Below are positions 28,890 through 39,433 of a stretch of 64,000 bases of DNA, piece after piece. Origin of the DNA: Candidatus Poribacteria bacterium (GTDB lineage Bacteria; Poribacteria; WGA-4E; WGA-3G); the NCBI GenBank assembly GCA_964291315.2, contig OZ219753.1, positions 1,312,001 to 1,376,000 of the forward strand, read 5' to 3'. The first letter of the stretch is position 1; the number at the start of each line of letters is the position of its first letter. The notes beneath the pieces are model-generated. The model was given only the letters and a program-made list of their open reading frames with translations, was not told the origin of the DNA and did no database searches. A program made the translations under genes and the position numbers.

Positions 28890-29491
28890 GAAAAAAAATA
28901 AAACTTTTTTCTCCGAGATGTGTATATACCTATTAAGAGGGCAACCTGTGTGTTATGTTGTTCTCTGTAAGTAGCATTTGAAAAGTATTCCGATTTCACT
29001 TATAGGTGTGAACGTTTCGCTGGAAGATGTGTAGCGTTTGCGAAGAAGGAGAAGAGTCATGTCAACAGAGGTTCGTTATAAAGCAGGGGTTGTTATAGTT
29101 GAGCCCCGTGGCAAGATAATAGGTGGGCGTGTCTCGGAGCTACGGACTGCGATATTACCAGAGGTGAGAGCCTGTGATGCCCCTCGTATTCTGATAGATT
29201 TATCGCATGCACATCGTTTAGATTCCTCGGGTTTAGGGGTGCTGATGCAAGCGTATGTGCTGACGAAGCACAAGCGTGGGCGCATCGGTGTCATCCATGT
29301 CGGCAAACACATCAGGAACTTACTGGTTATCAGCCGGTTATTGACATCATTTGAGCATTTCAACAGCGAGTCTGCGGCGGTTGCAGCGTTTGGAAAATAG
29401 GTAAAGAAGGCTGCAGCGCCCCTTTTGCGTTCGTTTGAAAAAACAGTTGTTCCGTCCCGGAGTCACAGCTGGATTGCCGGCTGTGGCTCCG
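28890..29491 (+). repeat. Left arm of a ~600-bp inverted repeat
   Basis: Reverse complement of about 31861-32460, covering the upstream region, the STAS gene and the downstream hairpin. Confidence 0.9.
29059..29400 (+). CDS. STAS-domain anti-sigma factor antagonist (copy A)
   Basis: IDLSHAHRLDSSGLGVL with the phosphoacceptor Ser; ATG after AAGGAG. Confidence 0.9.
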   Translation: MSTEVRYKAGVVIVEPRGKIIGGRVSELRTAILPEVRACDAPRILIDLSHAHRLDSSGLGVLMQAYVLTKHKRGRIGVIHVGKHIRNLLVISRLLTSFEHFNSESAAVAAFGK

Positions 29492-29550
29492 TGTTTCCAA
29501 ATATCTACCCGCGCTGTTGAATACAAGCATCTCTTTCGCGGTTTTGCAAA

Positions 29551-31716
29551 TTGTCACGGAGTATCCAAATGAGATGTGTCACTAACGTCTTGATAGCGCT
29601 TCTGTTTCTGATTAACCCTATCGGGCATTCACAATCCGATAACCGTATTGTAGCTTTTGATTGTCCAAAACTGCCGACTTCTGAATTCAATTTCGATGTA
29701 GATAGCCAAGTTATCGCGCTTTTAATGGAGGACCCAACCTCGGATATACCACCGTTGTTTAACACTATCGATGTTCTCTCCCTGCGCAGCTATCGAGGGC
29801 AGTCCGTCAGTTTCAAGGACATCGTTGAATATTATCAAGATATTCTAGAAGCGCGCCAGTGGCACGTTTTAAGACTCCCCGCCGAAGATGATTTAGAAAG
29901 TGCCACTTTGCATCTCTATGTCCTCCAAGAAAACGACACTGTTTACGGGATCTTTGCTATGATAAAAAGCACCGATACAGTGTACCTCATAAACATCACG
30001 GGTGCGATCCCGGAAGAGCAGCTAGGTGCCTTGCTCACAGGTCTCAATAAACTCAGTATTGAAATCCCGGAGCTCATGTCCCTGAATTCTGAGAGTGTGA
30101 AAGCTGCGCGAGCGGAAACATCAATGCCTGCTCAAACTGCCCCAGCAACGAGAACGCCTTCTGTTACACCGCGCGAGACTCCGCCGCTTACGCGAACTGT
30201 CTCACTCCTAAGATCTATGACTATCTCAGCGGCGGGCAGTAGCCCTGTCTACGAATCAATACCTGACACGTTAGTCGGGCAGAAAAACGACCTACAGGCT
30301 TCAAAAAACATCCCCCGTTTTTGGGCTGGCGACGTGCCTATCCACGCTATACGAATCCGGGGAAACCAGAAAATTTCAGAACAGGTCATCCGACAGACAC
30401 TCGAAAATAGTCAGTCGCCTGACCTCTCAAAAGCGCTGGAGACCCTCTTTAAAGCGGCTCCCTATTTTAAAGAGATCGCTTTACAAGTAGATAAGGAAAG
30501 TTCGAAATATATCGCCACAATTACGTTTAGTGAAAAACTGCTTTCTACCGGTGTATACCTCGGCTTCCACCGCCAACTGCGTCTCGGTTTCAACCGAGTG
30601 ACAGGCTGGGAGATCGGGGCAACAGGTATTGAATTCGGTAAAAGAGAGAATGTCGGTCCGTTTTGGGTGTGGAACCTCAGCGATTCAGTCAGTGATCGCA
30701 CCCACAAACTCTTTGGAGAGGCCAATTATGTCTTCGGCAACCCGCGTTTTCACTACCGTTTGGGTGGAACGGCGAATTGGGGGAAGCTTCATACGTGGAG
30801 CCTCGGACTCACCGCACAAATTCACCGTTTGACAGATGTCGTTGCCCCTGAACTCTTTCCGAACATGCCGCTCCCTAATTTTCAACGGACTATCGGGGCA
30901 CCGGACCTTCAAAATTACTATCTTCGCCAAGGTGCCGAGATCGCGATGCGATGGTCACCCGAAATGCCGCTTCACACGTTCAAAATGACAATGCTTGCAG
31001 AGTCACAGTCGAGCCTACAGAAAAGCACAGATTGGTTTCTCACGAATTGGAGCTCAACCTACACTGTCAGGGAAAACCCACCAATACGCCCCGGGAAAAT
31101 GCGAAGCATCGCCTTCCAATACGATTTTCGGGACCTGAAAAGAAGATCTTTGGGATGGCAGAATACCCTCCTCATCGAACATAGCAATACTCGCTTTGGA
31201 TCCGACTTCGATTTTACACGTTTGCTCTTACACCTCCGGTACGCTTTTCCGCTCGGGGATCACCGAGTGCGCACCCGATTTCTTTTCGGGTTCTCCAACA
31301 GATCACTTCCCGTTCAACGCCAATTTGTTATAAATGGGATAGCGGGACTCCGCGGATATCCTTGGTACAGAGAAGAAAATGAACCCGAAGGTTTTATGAA
31401 TTACAAGTTCGGGCACACCGTTTCTCCCTATGCCTTTGCGGGAGACCGCGGGTTTCTACTCAACGTTGAATATCACCACAGCTTAGCAACCCTATTGAGG
31501 TGGAGTTTTTTCAAAACTGCGTTCGCGATTATCTTCTTAGACGAAGGACAAGTTTGGCATGTATCCGGCCCGGCGTATACTTTCAATCCCAAAGGGAACA
31601 TCGGCATCGGTGCACAGATGTTAGTCGGTATTTTCCTTCTCCGAGCCAACATCGCAAAAGCCTTTGAGTCCGGAAAAGGGTTTCAAGTTACGACGGTTTT
31701 AAACCACCCGTTTTAG
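29551..31716 (+). CDS. Outer-membrane protein: DUF4252-like N-terminus, POTRA-like domain and BamA/TamA-like barrel
   Basis: Signal peptide; 'IRIRGNQKISEQVI' POTRA-like segment; LRGY motif; amphipathic strands; terminal Phe. Confidence 0.65.
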   Translation: MSRSIQMRCVTNVLIALLFLINPIGHSQSDNRIVAFDCPKLPTSEFNFDVDSQVIALLMEDPTSDIPPLFNTIDVLSLRSYRGQSVSFKDIVEYYQDILEARQWHVLRLPAEDDLESATLHLYVLQENDTVYGIFAMIKSTDTVYLINITGAIPEEQLGALLTGLNKLSIEIPELMSLNSESVKAARAETSMPAQTAPATRTPSVTPRETPPLTRTVSLLRSMTISAAGSSPVYESIPDTLVGQKNDLQASKNIPRFWAGDVPIHAIRIRGNQKISEQVIRQTLENSQSPDLSKALETLFKAAPYFKEIALQVDKESSKYIATITFSEKLLSTGVYLGFHRQLRLGFNRVTGWEIGATGIEFGKRENVGPFWVWNLSDSVSDRTHKLFGEANYVFGNPRFHYRLGGTANWGKLHTWSLGLTAQIHRLTDVVAPELFPNMPLPNFQRTIGAPDLQNYYLRQGAEIAMRWSPEMPLHTFKMTMLAESQSSLQKSTDWFLTNWSSTYTVRENPPIRPGKMRSIAFQYDFRDLKRRSLGWQNTLLIEHSNTRFGSDFDFTRLLLHLRYAFPLGDHRVRTRFLFGFSNRSLPVQRQFVINGIAGLRGYPWYREENEPEGFMNYKFGHTVSPYAFAGDRGFLLNVEYHHSLATLLRWSFFKTAFAIIFLDEGQVWHVSGPAYTFNPKGNIGIGAQMLVGIFLLRANIAKAFESGKGFQVTTVLNHPF

Positions 31717-31860
31717 GCCAAAACAAACCCTAACATACAATATTAACTCGTCACATAGATGTAGTAGTTGTAAGATGTGGTATATTCAATCGGATCACGC
31801 TGAAATGACCCTGTATGCGGCATCGTTCCAGATGATGAGCGTGCATGGTGATTGTGAGGA

Positions 31861-32460
31861 CGAAGCCACAGCCGGCATCCCAGCTGTGGCTCCATGATAC
31901 AAGTGGTGTTTTTTTTCAAACGGACACAAAAGGGGCGCTGCAGGCTGCTTTACCTATTTCGCAAACGCTGCAACCGCCGCAGACTCGCTGTTAAAATGCT
32001 CAAATGATGTCAATAAGCGAGTGATAACCAGTAAGCTCCTGATGTGTTTGCCGACATGGATGACACCGATGCGCCCACGCTTGTGCTTCGTCAGCACATA
32101 CGCTTGCATCAGCACCCCTAAACCCGAGGAATCTAAACGATGTGCATGTGATAAATCTATCAAGATCCGAGGCGCATCGTAGGCGCTCACCTCTGGTAAT
32201 ATCGCAGTCCGTAGCTCCGAGACACGCTCACCTATTATCTTGCCACGGGGCTCAACTATAACAACCCCTGCTTTATGACGAACCTCTGTTGACATGACTC
32301 TTCTCCTTCTTCGCAAACGCTACACATCTTCCAGCGAAACGTTCACAGTGCAAGCAAATGGAAATAGCTTTCAAATACTTCTTACAGAGAACAACATAAC
32401 ACACAGGTTGCCCTCTTAATAGGTATAGATACATCTCGGAGAAAAAAGTTTGTTTTTTTT
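31861..32460 (-). repeat. Right arm of the ~600-bp inverted repeat
   Basis: Reverse complement of 28890-29491. Confidence 0.9.
31954..32295 (-). CDS. STAS-domain anti-sigma factor antagonist (copy B)
   Basis: Differs from copy A at 7 of 113 residues. Confidence 0.9.
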   Translation of the reverse strand: MSTEVRHKAGVVIVEPRGKIIGERVSELRTAILPEVSAYDAPRILIDLSHAHRLDSSGLGVLMQAYVLTKHKRGRIGVIHVGKHIRSLLVITRLLTSFEHFNSESAAVAAFAK

Positions 32461-32673
32461 TATTTTTTTGTTCGCAGCAGAGGAAGATGAAGGGGATCGC
32501 CCAAAAACGTTCACTCTTAACGCACAAGCGGTATGCGTTTTTCGGCGGTTCTTGTGACACTGCAACGGGGTCATATCAGTCTGGTTTGCTGTTATACCGG
32601 ATTGTATAACATGTGTGGTCGTAGATTAGACTCTTCAGCGCAAGTATGTGGTGTACGTTCGGGTGTATCTAGT

Positions 32674-33843
32674 TCATAGTGCGGAGAGCTCTGGTAGCTC
32701 TACCCACTTGCGGGTTTGGCAAGATTCCATGCCTTTTTCTGCTAATTGCACGCCCTTCGCGCCTGCAAGGAGGGTCCACGGAAACGGTTCGTCAGCCACG
32801 ATATGTCGAAGGAACAGCTCCCACTGTGCTCTAAATGCGTTCTCATAGGCTTCCTGTTCTGGTATTTTGAGCCATCCATCGAAGAATTGAATCGGTTGCT
32901 CTATGTCAGGATTCCAGACGGGACGTGGGGTGCCGGAAAGCGGTTGGATCCAACAATCCCTCAAGCCTGCAACAGCGGAGCCGTTCAAACCGTCTACGTG
33001 TAGAGTCAGCAGATCGTCCCGCCGAACCCTGACCGCCCAAGATGAGTTAAAGTGTGCAATGATGCCGTTTTTCAATTCAAACGTTGCATAGGCGGCATCT
33101 TCAGCTGTGCAGGTGTAAGGTTTGCCTTCCTCATCCCATCTTTCTGGCAGATGCGTCGCAGCGATACAGGAAACGGAGTTGACTGCCCCGAATAGGTGGT
33201 CGATGACGTATCGCCAGTGACTGAACATGTCGAGAATAATACCGCCTCCGTCTTGGGCACGGTAGTTCCAGGAGGGGCGCTGCGTGGGAATGGCATCGCC
33301 TCGGAAAACCCAATAGCCGAACTCACCTCGCACTGCGAGAATCTCTCCGAAAAAGTCAGCATCTATCAGGCGTTTCAATTTCTGAATGCCGGGCAGCCAG
33401 AGCTTATCCTGAACGACACCGTTCTTGAGTCCGGCTTTCGCTGCTTGTTCATAGAGACTATAAGCGTCATCGGTAGTGGTAGCAGTCGGTTTTTCACAAT
33501 AGATGTGTTTGCCAGCGCGTATTGCGGCTTGGACTGCCTCGACCCGGCGTGAGGTAACTTGTGCGTCGAAATAGACAGCGTAAGAATCATCAGCGAGGGC
33601 GGTATCGAGATCCGTGCTCCACTTCTCAACACCGGTAGTTGCAGCTAATCTCTCAAGCTTCTCTGCACTCCTACCGACGAGAAACGGTTCGGGCATAATA
33701 ACGCTGCCATCCCCGATCGGAATGCCCCCGTCTTCTGCAATTGCCAATATAGATCGGATAAGATGCTGGTTTGTTCCCATCCGGCCGGTCACACCGTTCA
33801 TGATGATACCGACGCGGTGTGTCTGCTGGGTATGATTCGCCAT
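32674..33843 (-). CDS. Gfo/Idh/MocA-family oxidoreductase
   Basis: MNGVTGRMG, GKHIYCEKP and GGGIILDMFSHW motifs. Confidence 0.9.
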   Translation of the reverse strand: MANHTQQTHRVGIIMNGVTGRMGTNQHLIRSILAIAEDGGIPIGDGSVIMPEPFLVGRSAEKLERLAATTGVEKWSTDLDTALADDSYAVYFDAQVTSRRVEAVQAAIRAGKHIYCEKPTATTTDDAYSLYEQAAKAGLKNGVVQDKLWLPGIQKLKRLIDADFFGEILAVRGEFGYWVFRGDAIPTQRPSWNYRAQDGGGIILDMFSHWRYVIDHLFGAVNSVSCIAATHLPERWDEEGKPYTCTAEDAAYATFELKNGIIAHFNSSWAVRVRRDDLLTLHVDGLNGSAVAGLRDCWIQPLSGTPRPVWNPDIEQPIQFFDGWLKIPEQEAYENAFRAQWELFLRHIVADEPFPWTLLAGAKGVQLAEKGMESCQTRKWVELPELSAL

Positions 33844-33857
33844 ATATAGTCCTTTGG

Positions 33858-34301
33858 TTAAGGTTTGTCAGTGCATTGCGGAGCTGCGCCCGCTGGCAGG
33901 GGCGGTGCGTCAACGCCGGCCTTCGGGAGAGTGCCAGCGAGTTCCTGTTTCCAGTGAGCTACATCGCCCGCGGGACCGTAGCAGTAGACCATATGCATCG
34001 GCGTGTCGCTGGTATTTGTCAATTGATGGAAACTCCAAGACGGGATAAATACAGTCTGCCCCGCCGAGATGGTTTGACGTTCCTCGCCGAGACACATTTC
34101 GCCCTCACCTTCAACGATGAAGTAGATCTCTTCTTGTTCATGGTTGTGCCATGGCACTTGTCCACCGTTCGGTTCTAAGACGACAAACCCGAGACAGAAT
34201 TCATCTATCTGGATCGGAGAGGCACCACCGACGAGATTTCTGGTGAGTCTACGGGCCGGATAGGTTCGCCCATCCATTTCGTTTATGTCTGCGATTAGCA
34301 T
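33858..34301 (-). CDS. Cupin-domain protein
   Basis: PWHNHEQEEIY...G.G and P...FHQLTN motifs. Confidence 0.88.
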   Translation of the reverse strand: MLIADINEMDGRTYPARRLTRNLVGGASPIQIDEFCLGFVVLEPNGGQVPWHNHEQEEIYFIVEGEGEMCLGEERQTISAGQTVFIPSWSFHQLTNTSDTPMHMVYCYGPAGDVAHWKQELAGTLPKAGVDAPPLPAGAAPQCTDKP

Positions 34302-34414
34302 GTCTATTGTCCTTTCAAGGAAGCTGTCTTTTTTTCGAGAGCGGATTTATCTATTATATAGGCGTGCTTTGCCGTCATGCACGCCTATATAATAACAAGA
34401 CACGTCCGTTTACA

Positions 34415-37051
34415 CTAACCCTCATTTTCAATGACAGCTTGTGCTGCGGCGAGTCGTGCAATCGGCACACGGAACGGCGAGCACGATACGTAATCGAAGT
34501 CTAAGCCGTGGCAGAACTTCACAGAATTCGGCTCCCCGCCATGTTCACCACAGATACCGAGTTTGAGATCGGGCCGTGTTGCACGCCCTTTTTCAGAACC
34601 GATTTGCAAAAGACTGCCAACACCGTCCTGGTCGAGTACCTGGAACGGGTCATATTCAAGAATACCGTTTCTGACGTAGGTATCAAGAAATTTCACTGCG
34701 TCATCACGACTCATGCCGAATGTCGTCTGGGTGAGATCATTGGTGCCGTATGAGAAGAATTCGGCCTCGGCAGCGATTTTGTCAGCCGTGAGTGCTGCAC
34801 GTGGTAGTTCAATCATCGTGCCGATAAGATACTCGACGCGCGTGTTGGTCTGTTTAAACACAGTTTCTGCTGTTTCAACAACAATCTTGCGCTGTAAAGA
34901 TAATTCGTTGATGTGACCGACAAGTGGAATCATAATCTCTGGTAAGACGGGGATCCCCCGTTTTGAGACCTCGACAGCGGCTTCAAAGATGCCCCGGGCT
35001 TGCATCTCGGTTATCTCTGGATAGACGATACCGAGTCTACATCCACGATGCCCAAGCATCGGATTAAACTCATGCAGTTCTTCAACACGCCCCCGCAGTT
35101 TTTCTGGTTCCACATCGATGCGAGCAGCCAATTCAAGGATCTCAGCCTCGCTTTTCGGCAGGAATTCATGGAGCGGTGGATCAAGCGTGCGAATCGTGAC
35201 CGGGTAACCCGCCATCGCCTCGAAAATACCGATGAAGTCTGAGCGCTGATGTGGGAGCAATTTTGTCAATGCTTGCTGGCGTTCTTCTATATCATCAGCA
35301 AGTATCATCTCACGCACAGCATCAATCCCCGTGCCGAAGAACATATGTTCGGTGCGACAGAGACCGATCCCTTCCGCGCCAAATTGCCTAGCATTTTTCG
35401 CATCTTCAGGCGTATCGGCGTTCGTGCGAATGCCTAAGGTTCGGATTTCATCCGCCCATTCCATGAGAGTTCCGAATTGACCACTCAGCTCAGGCTGGAT
35501 AAGCGCGACCTTTCCCTCGAGAACATCCCCCGTAGATCCGTTGAGCGTGATGAAATCACCTTCAGTGTAGCGTTTCCCCTCAGCGTAAAATTCTCGTGCT
35601 TTTTCATTAATGAACAGAGTAGAGCATCCTGCCACACAGCACTTACCCATCCCGCGGGCGACGACCGCAGCGTGGCTTGTCATGCCTCCGCGGGCAGTGA
35701 GGATCCCCTCTGCGGCATCCATGCCGCCGATGTCCTCTGGTGATGTTTCCGTACGAACGAGAATAACCTTTTCCCCTTTGGCCGCGAGTTCTTCAGCGTG
35801 GAGGGCAGTGAAAACAACTTTGCCAACAGCAGCACCCGGGGAGGCAGGCAAACCTTGTGCGATCACTTCAACGTTAGCCTCCGGGTCAACGCTCGGATGC
35901 AGCAGCTGATCGAGATCGTTGGCCGGGACGCGCGTTAAAGCCGTCCGCTTATCGATTAAACGTTCCTCAGCCATCTCAACAGCGATGCGAACAGCGGCTT
36001 GACCGGTACGTTTCCCGTTACGGGTCTGGAGCATGTAGAGTTTGCCGTCTTGAATCGTAAATTCTACATCTTGCATGTCGCGATAGTGCATCTCAAGATT
36101 TAAGCCGATCTCGACCAATTCTTCATGCACATCGGGCAAGATGTTTTTCAATTCAGCGATGGGGAGCGGTGTACGGATGCCGGCGACCACATCTTCGCCT
36201 TGGGCATTCATGAGGAATTCTCCATAGAACTGGTTTGCCCCAGTTGACGGGTTCCGGGTGAAGGCTACTCCTGTCCCAGAACTTCCGCCCATATTTCCGA
36301 ATACCATCGCTTGGACGTTAACAGCGGTACGCCCGAGCTCCTCGGAAATATCGTTGAGCCGACGGTAGGTAATAGCCCGCTGGTTTCCAGAAGATTCAAA
36401 AACAGCATCTCGTGCCATGTCTAGCTGCTGTCGAGGTTCATCAGGAAAATCATCGCCTGTGTGCTGTCTAACAATGTTCTTAAACTCTTGGACGAGTTCC
36501 ACTAAATCATGGGCTTCTAATTCAGTATCTAACGTAACGCCCTTAGTCTTTTTCTTTTCTTCGAGTAAATGCTCAAATTCATCGTGATCGACGTTAAGCA
36601 CAACATTTCCAAACATCTGGACGAAGCGCCGGTAGGCATCATAAGCGAAACGTTTGTTTTCGGATTTAGCGATCAGCCCTTTAACTGCATCATCATTTAA
36701 ACCGAGGTTGAGAATTGTATCCATCATACCGGGCATCGAGACAGCAGCCCCAGAACGCACAGAAAGGAGGAGTGGGTTTTCGGTATCACCGAATTTTGAA
36801 CCGAGGGCGGCCTCTAATTTCGCTAAGTTCTCGTCAATCTGTTCGTCGAGCCCAGCGGGGTACTGTTTGTCATTTTCGTAGTATAATTTACAGACCTCAG
36901 TGGAGATAGTGAAGCCGGGCGGAACAGGGATACCGAGATTGCTCATCTCCGCAAGATTTGCTCCTTTCCCGCCGAGGAGCGACCGCATTGTAGCGTCGCC
37001 TTCGCTCTCACTACCTCCAAAGAAGTAGACATACTTTGGTTGTGGCATCAA
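34415..37051 (-). CDS. ppdK: Pyruvate, phosphate dikinase
   Basis: LGGKGANLAEM, GGMTSHAAVVAR phospho-His, GLCRTEHMF and GICGEHGG motifs. Confidence 0.98.
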   Translation of the reverse strand: MMPQPKYVYFFGGSESEGDATMRSLLGGKGANLAEMSNLGIPVPPGFTISTEVCKLYYENDKQYPAGLDEQIDENLAKLEAALGSKFGDTENPLLLSVRSGAAVSMPGMMDTILNLGLNDDAVKGLIAKSENKRFAYDAYRRFVQMFGNVVLNVDHDEFEHLLEEKKKTKGVTLDTELEAHDLVELVQEFKNIVRQHTGDDFPDEPRQQLDMARDAVFESSGNQRAITYRRLNDISEELGRTAVNVQAMVFGNMGGSSGTGVAFTRNPSTGANQFYGEFLMNAQGEDVVAGIRTPLPIAELKNILPDVHEELVEIGLNLEMHYRDMQDVEFTIQDGKLYMLQTRNGKRTGQAAVRIAVEMAEERLIDKRTALTRVPANDLDQLLHPSVDPEANVEVIAQGLPASPGAAVGKVVFTALHAEELAAKGEKVILVRTETSPEDIGGMDAAEGILTARGGMTSHAAVVARGMGKCCVAGCSTLFINEKAREFYAEGKRYTEGDFITLNGSTGDVLEGKVALIQPELSGQFGTLMEWADEIRTLGIRTNADTPEDAKNARQFGAEGIGLCRTEHMFFGTGIDAVREMILADDIEERQQALTKLLPHQRSDFIGIFEAMAGYPVTIRTLDPPLHEFLPKSEAEILELAARIDVEPEKLRGRVEELHEFNPMLGHRGCRLGIVYPEITEMQARGIFEAAVEVSKRGIPVLPEIMIPLVGHINELSLQRKIVVETAETVFKQTNTRVEYLIGTMIELPRAALTADKIAAEAEFFSYGTNDLTQTTFGMSRDDAVKFLDTYVRNGILEYDPFQVLDQDGVGSLLQIGSEKGRATRPDLKLGICGEHGGEPNSVKFCHGLDFDYVSCSPFRVPIARLAAAQAVIENEG

Positions 37052-37188
37052 AAGCCTCCTATGATTGGTTATTAGTGTTGTATTGTATCGTCATCGGCAT
37101 TCAGTAGACGATGGCAGCGGTTTTTATCGTTTTCACCTGCCACAAGATCTGCTCTACTGAACGCTGGGGTTATTTCGTTGACAACTCT

Positions 37189-38550
37189 TTAAATTGAGTA
37201 AATTGTACGGCTTGCTTCGTCAAATTCGGGTTTAAAAGGATCCGTTGAAAGATAAAGAATCTGGTATGGCTCATAAAGTTGAATATAACTCCAATTCACC
37301 CCGCACAGCACTTTCCCTTGGTTTACTTTTTTGATGAATTTGCCTCTAAACTTGGCTCTCGTGCGTTCAGGCGGGAAATTTTCAGCACGCCGAATTTGCT
37401 CGTCTCCGACAATCCGTTCAATCTCGCCCCGATTTTCGAGCGCATAGTAAAGACTTTCTTGCTGCCGTACGTTATGGTATTTTAAATCCAAGTGTTTGAC
37501 TTGCGGAGCGTCCCAATCAAAACCGCGTCTTGTGAGATATGTCTGTAACCACTTCCACTTAATCACCCAATCCAATTCGCGATCCAGCTGCGTTGGATCA
37601 CTTTCTAAACAGGTGAGGACATACTCCCATCGCGCCATAATTTGTGTTGTCGTTGCATCAGATTCGGCTTGTTCGAGGTAGCGTTTTGCACACTCTAAAT
37701 ACTGCCATTGCAGCTGAACAGCCGAGACTCGCTTTCCGTTTTGAAGTTCAATGAGGTGCTTGCAGGTAATGTCATTAGAAATATCGCGTATAGCTCTAAC
37801 GGGGTTCCGAAGGGCGAAACGTTGTTCAATGAAATTGTCTTCAATCATACGGAGGATAATGCCGGTGGTTCCGACTTTCAAAAAAGTGGAAAATTCGGAC
37901 ATGTTTGAATCTCCCACGATAACGTGTAAGCGCCTATATTTCTCCCGATCCGCATGCGGTTCATCGCGTGTGTTGATAATTCCGCGTGCGGTTGTTGTGC
38001 CGATAGAGATTTCTTCCCGGATGTGTTCAGCCCGCTGCGAGATGGCGTAATAACCTTGATGCCTCGGTTTGATTTTCCCCCCGCCTGTGAAGACCTGCCG
38101 CGTCACAAAGAATGGAATCAGCTGTGCTGCGATCTGTCGAAAATCGACATGACGCTCCATCAAATAGTTTTCATGGCATCCGTATGTATTTCCGGGGGTA
38201 TCCAAGTTGTTCTTAAAAATGGATATCCTGCCGAAGAATCCATCATTGCGCATGCGTCTTTCAGCTGTTGTTGCAAGGCGCGTAATGATACGCTCACCTG
38301 CCTTATCGTGAGCAACCAGCTCAGCAACGTCATCACACTCTGGGGTAGCATATTCTGGATGGCATCCTATATCTTGATAAAACCTTGCACCGTTTTCAAG
38401 GAAAACATCAGGATACATTCTCCCCGCCACGATTTCGCGGAAGAGATACATCACAACGTTCTGGACAGTGAGTGTTTTTCTACGCGGCGCGTCCGGGGTC
38501 CAGATGATCCCGAATTCAGTTTCCAGTCCGTAAATCCTACGATTCATCAA
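37189..38550 (-). CDS. pafA: Pup-protein ligase
   Basis: RRIYGLETEFG, NGARFY.D.G.HPEYATPEC, YGCHENY and INTRDEPHAD...RRLHVIVGDSN; lacks the Dop loop. Confidence 0.9.
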   Translation of the reverse strand: MMNRRIYGLETEFGIIWTPDAPRRKTLTVQNVVMYLFREIVAGRMYPDVFLENGARFYQDIGCHPEYATPECDDVAELVAHDKAGERIITRLATTAERRMRNDGFFGRISIFKNNLDTPGNTYGCHENYLMERHVDFRQIAAQLIPFFVTRQVFTGGGKIKPRHQGYYAISQRAEHIREEISIGTTTARGIINTRDEPHADREKYRRLHVIVGDSNMSEFSTFLKVGTTGIILRMIEDNFIEQRFALRNPVRAIRDISNDITCKHLIELQNGKRVSAVQLQWQYLECAKRYLEQAESDATTTQIMARWEYVLTCLESDPTQLDRELDWVIKWKWLQTYLTRRGFDWDAPQVKHLDLKYHNVRQQESLYYALENRGEIERIVGDEQIRRAENFPPERTRAKFRGKFIKKVNQGKVLCGVNWSYIQLYEPYQILYLSTDPFKPEFDEASRTIYSI

Positions 38551-38631
38551 TTACCTCTCGATAAATACCTTTGCCATCATGAACTTGGCTGTATTTGCAA
38601 ACAAACGGTGTCACATTGAATAGTTGGCAGA

Positions 38632-39357
38632 TCATGAGAGAAGATATGTGATCTCTTCAGTCGAAAGGCGACGGAATCTCCGGCGTTCAGCGGTCTGCTC
38701 AAGACAAGCAACCTCTATGGTTTGGGGGGTGATTTGATGCCCGGCTTCGAGCTCTGTCTCTGTTTCAACACTCTGAAAGGTTTCTGTTACGAGTCGGAGT
38801 GCTGCCGCCATTTCTAGTCCATCCGTATAATCTTGTTCCAGCCTTTCTGTTATCGCAGTAGTACGCCCGCCAATAACGGCATACTTTTCTTCTTCCGAGT
38901 AGATACCATCGAACGCAATATGGTAAATCTGAGTGTGTTGTCGCCGGCTTGTTCCTTCGTTACCGGCCATCCCGATTTCACACACAAGGAGTTCGATCTC
39001 CAAAGGTTTCGCATCCCATGCTTGGGCAACTGCCCCCATATGTTGTGAGTAGAGGTTGGTTAGCCATTTTGCAGTGACATCCTCTCGGTAGTACCGGAAC
39101 CCTTTGATTTCAGATTCTCGGATACCGGCGACGCGTAATGCTTCATATTCAGCAATCCGCCCTGCCGCTGCAAGAGCGATTCGGTCATAAATTTCGGAAA
39201 TCTTATAAATGGTTTTGCGCGGGTTCTCGGCAACCATGAGGAGACCCCCTCGGTATTCTAAGACGACTACCTCTTTTGCCTGTGCAATGCCGCGTCGGAC
39301 AAAATCTTCTTTATCCTGACGAATTTGATCGGGGGAAACATAATAAGGTGTGGACAT
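38632..39357 (-). CDS. prcA: 20S proteasome alpha subunit
   Basis: PYYVSPDQ...RRGI, KISEIYDRI and KPLEIELLV motifs. Confidence 0.93.
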   Translation of the reverse strand: MSTPYYVSPDQIRQDKEDFVRRGIAQAKEVVVLEYRGGLLMVAENPRKTIYKISEIYDRIALAAAGRIAEYEALRVAGIRESEIKGFRYYREDVTAKWLTNLYSQHMGAVAQAWDAKPLEIELLVCEIGMAGNEGTSRRQHTQIYHIAFDGIYSEEEKYAVIGGRTTAITERLEQDYTDGLEMAAALRLVTETFQSVETETELEAGHQITPQTIEVACLEQTAERRRFRRLSTEEITYLLS

Positions 39358-39433
39358 GTCTGTGTTTTTTGTGTTCCGAGGAGTACGAAGACGACATTAG
39401 TGCCAGTTGACTATAGGTGCATTGAACTCAGCA

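Noticed and set aside
37100-37161. Imperfect inverted repeat (TTCAGTAGA...TCTACTGAA) and similar degenerate intergenic dyads near 60-120, 7700-7815 and 9130-9250
   Set aside because: Too degenerate to define a family by eye; probably decayed intergenic repeats or terminators.
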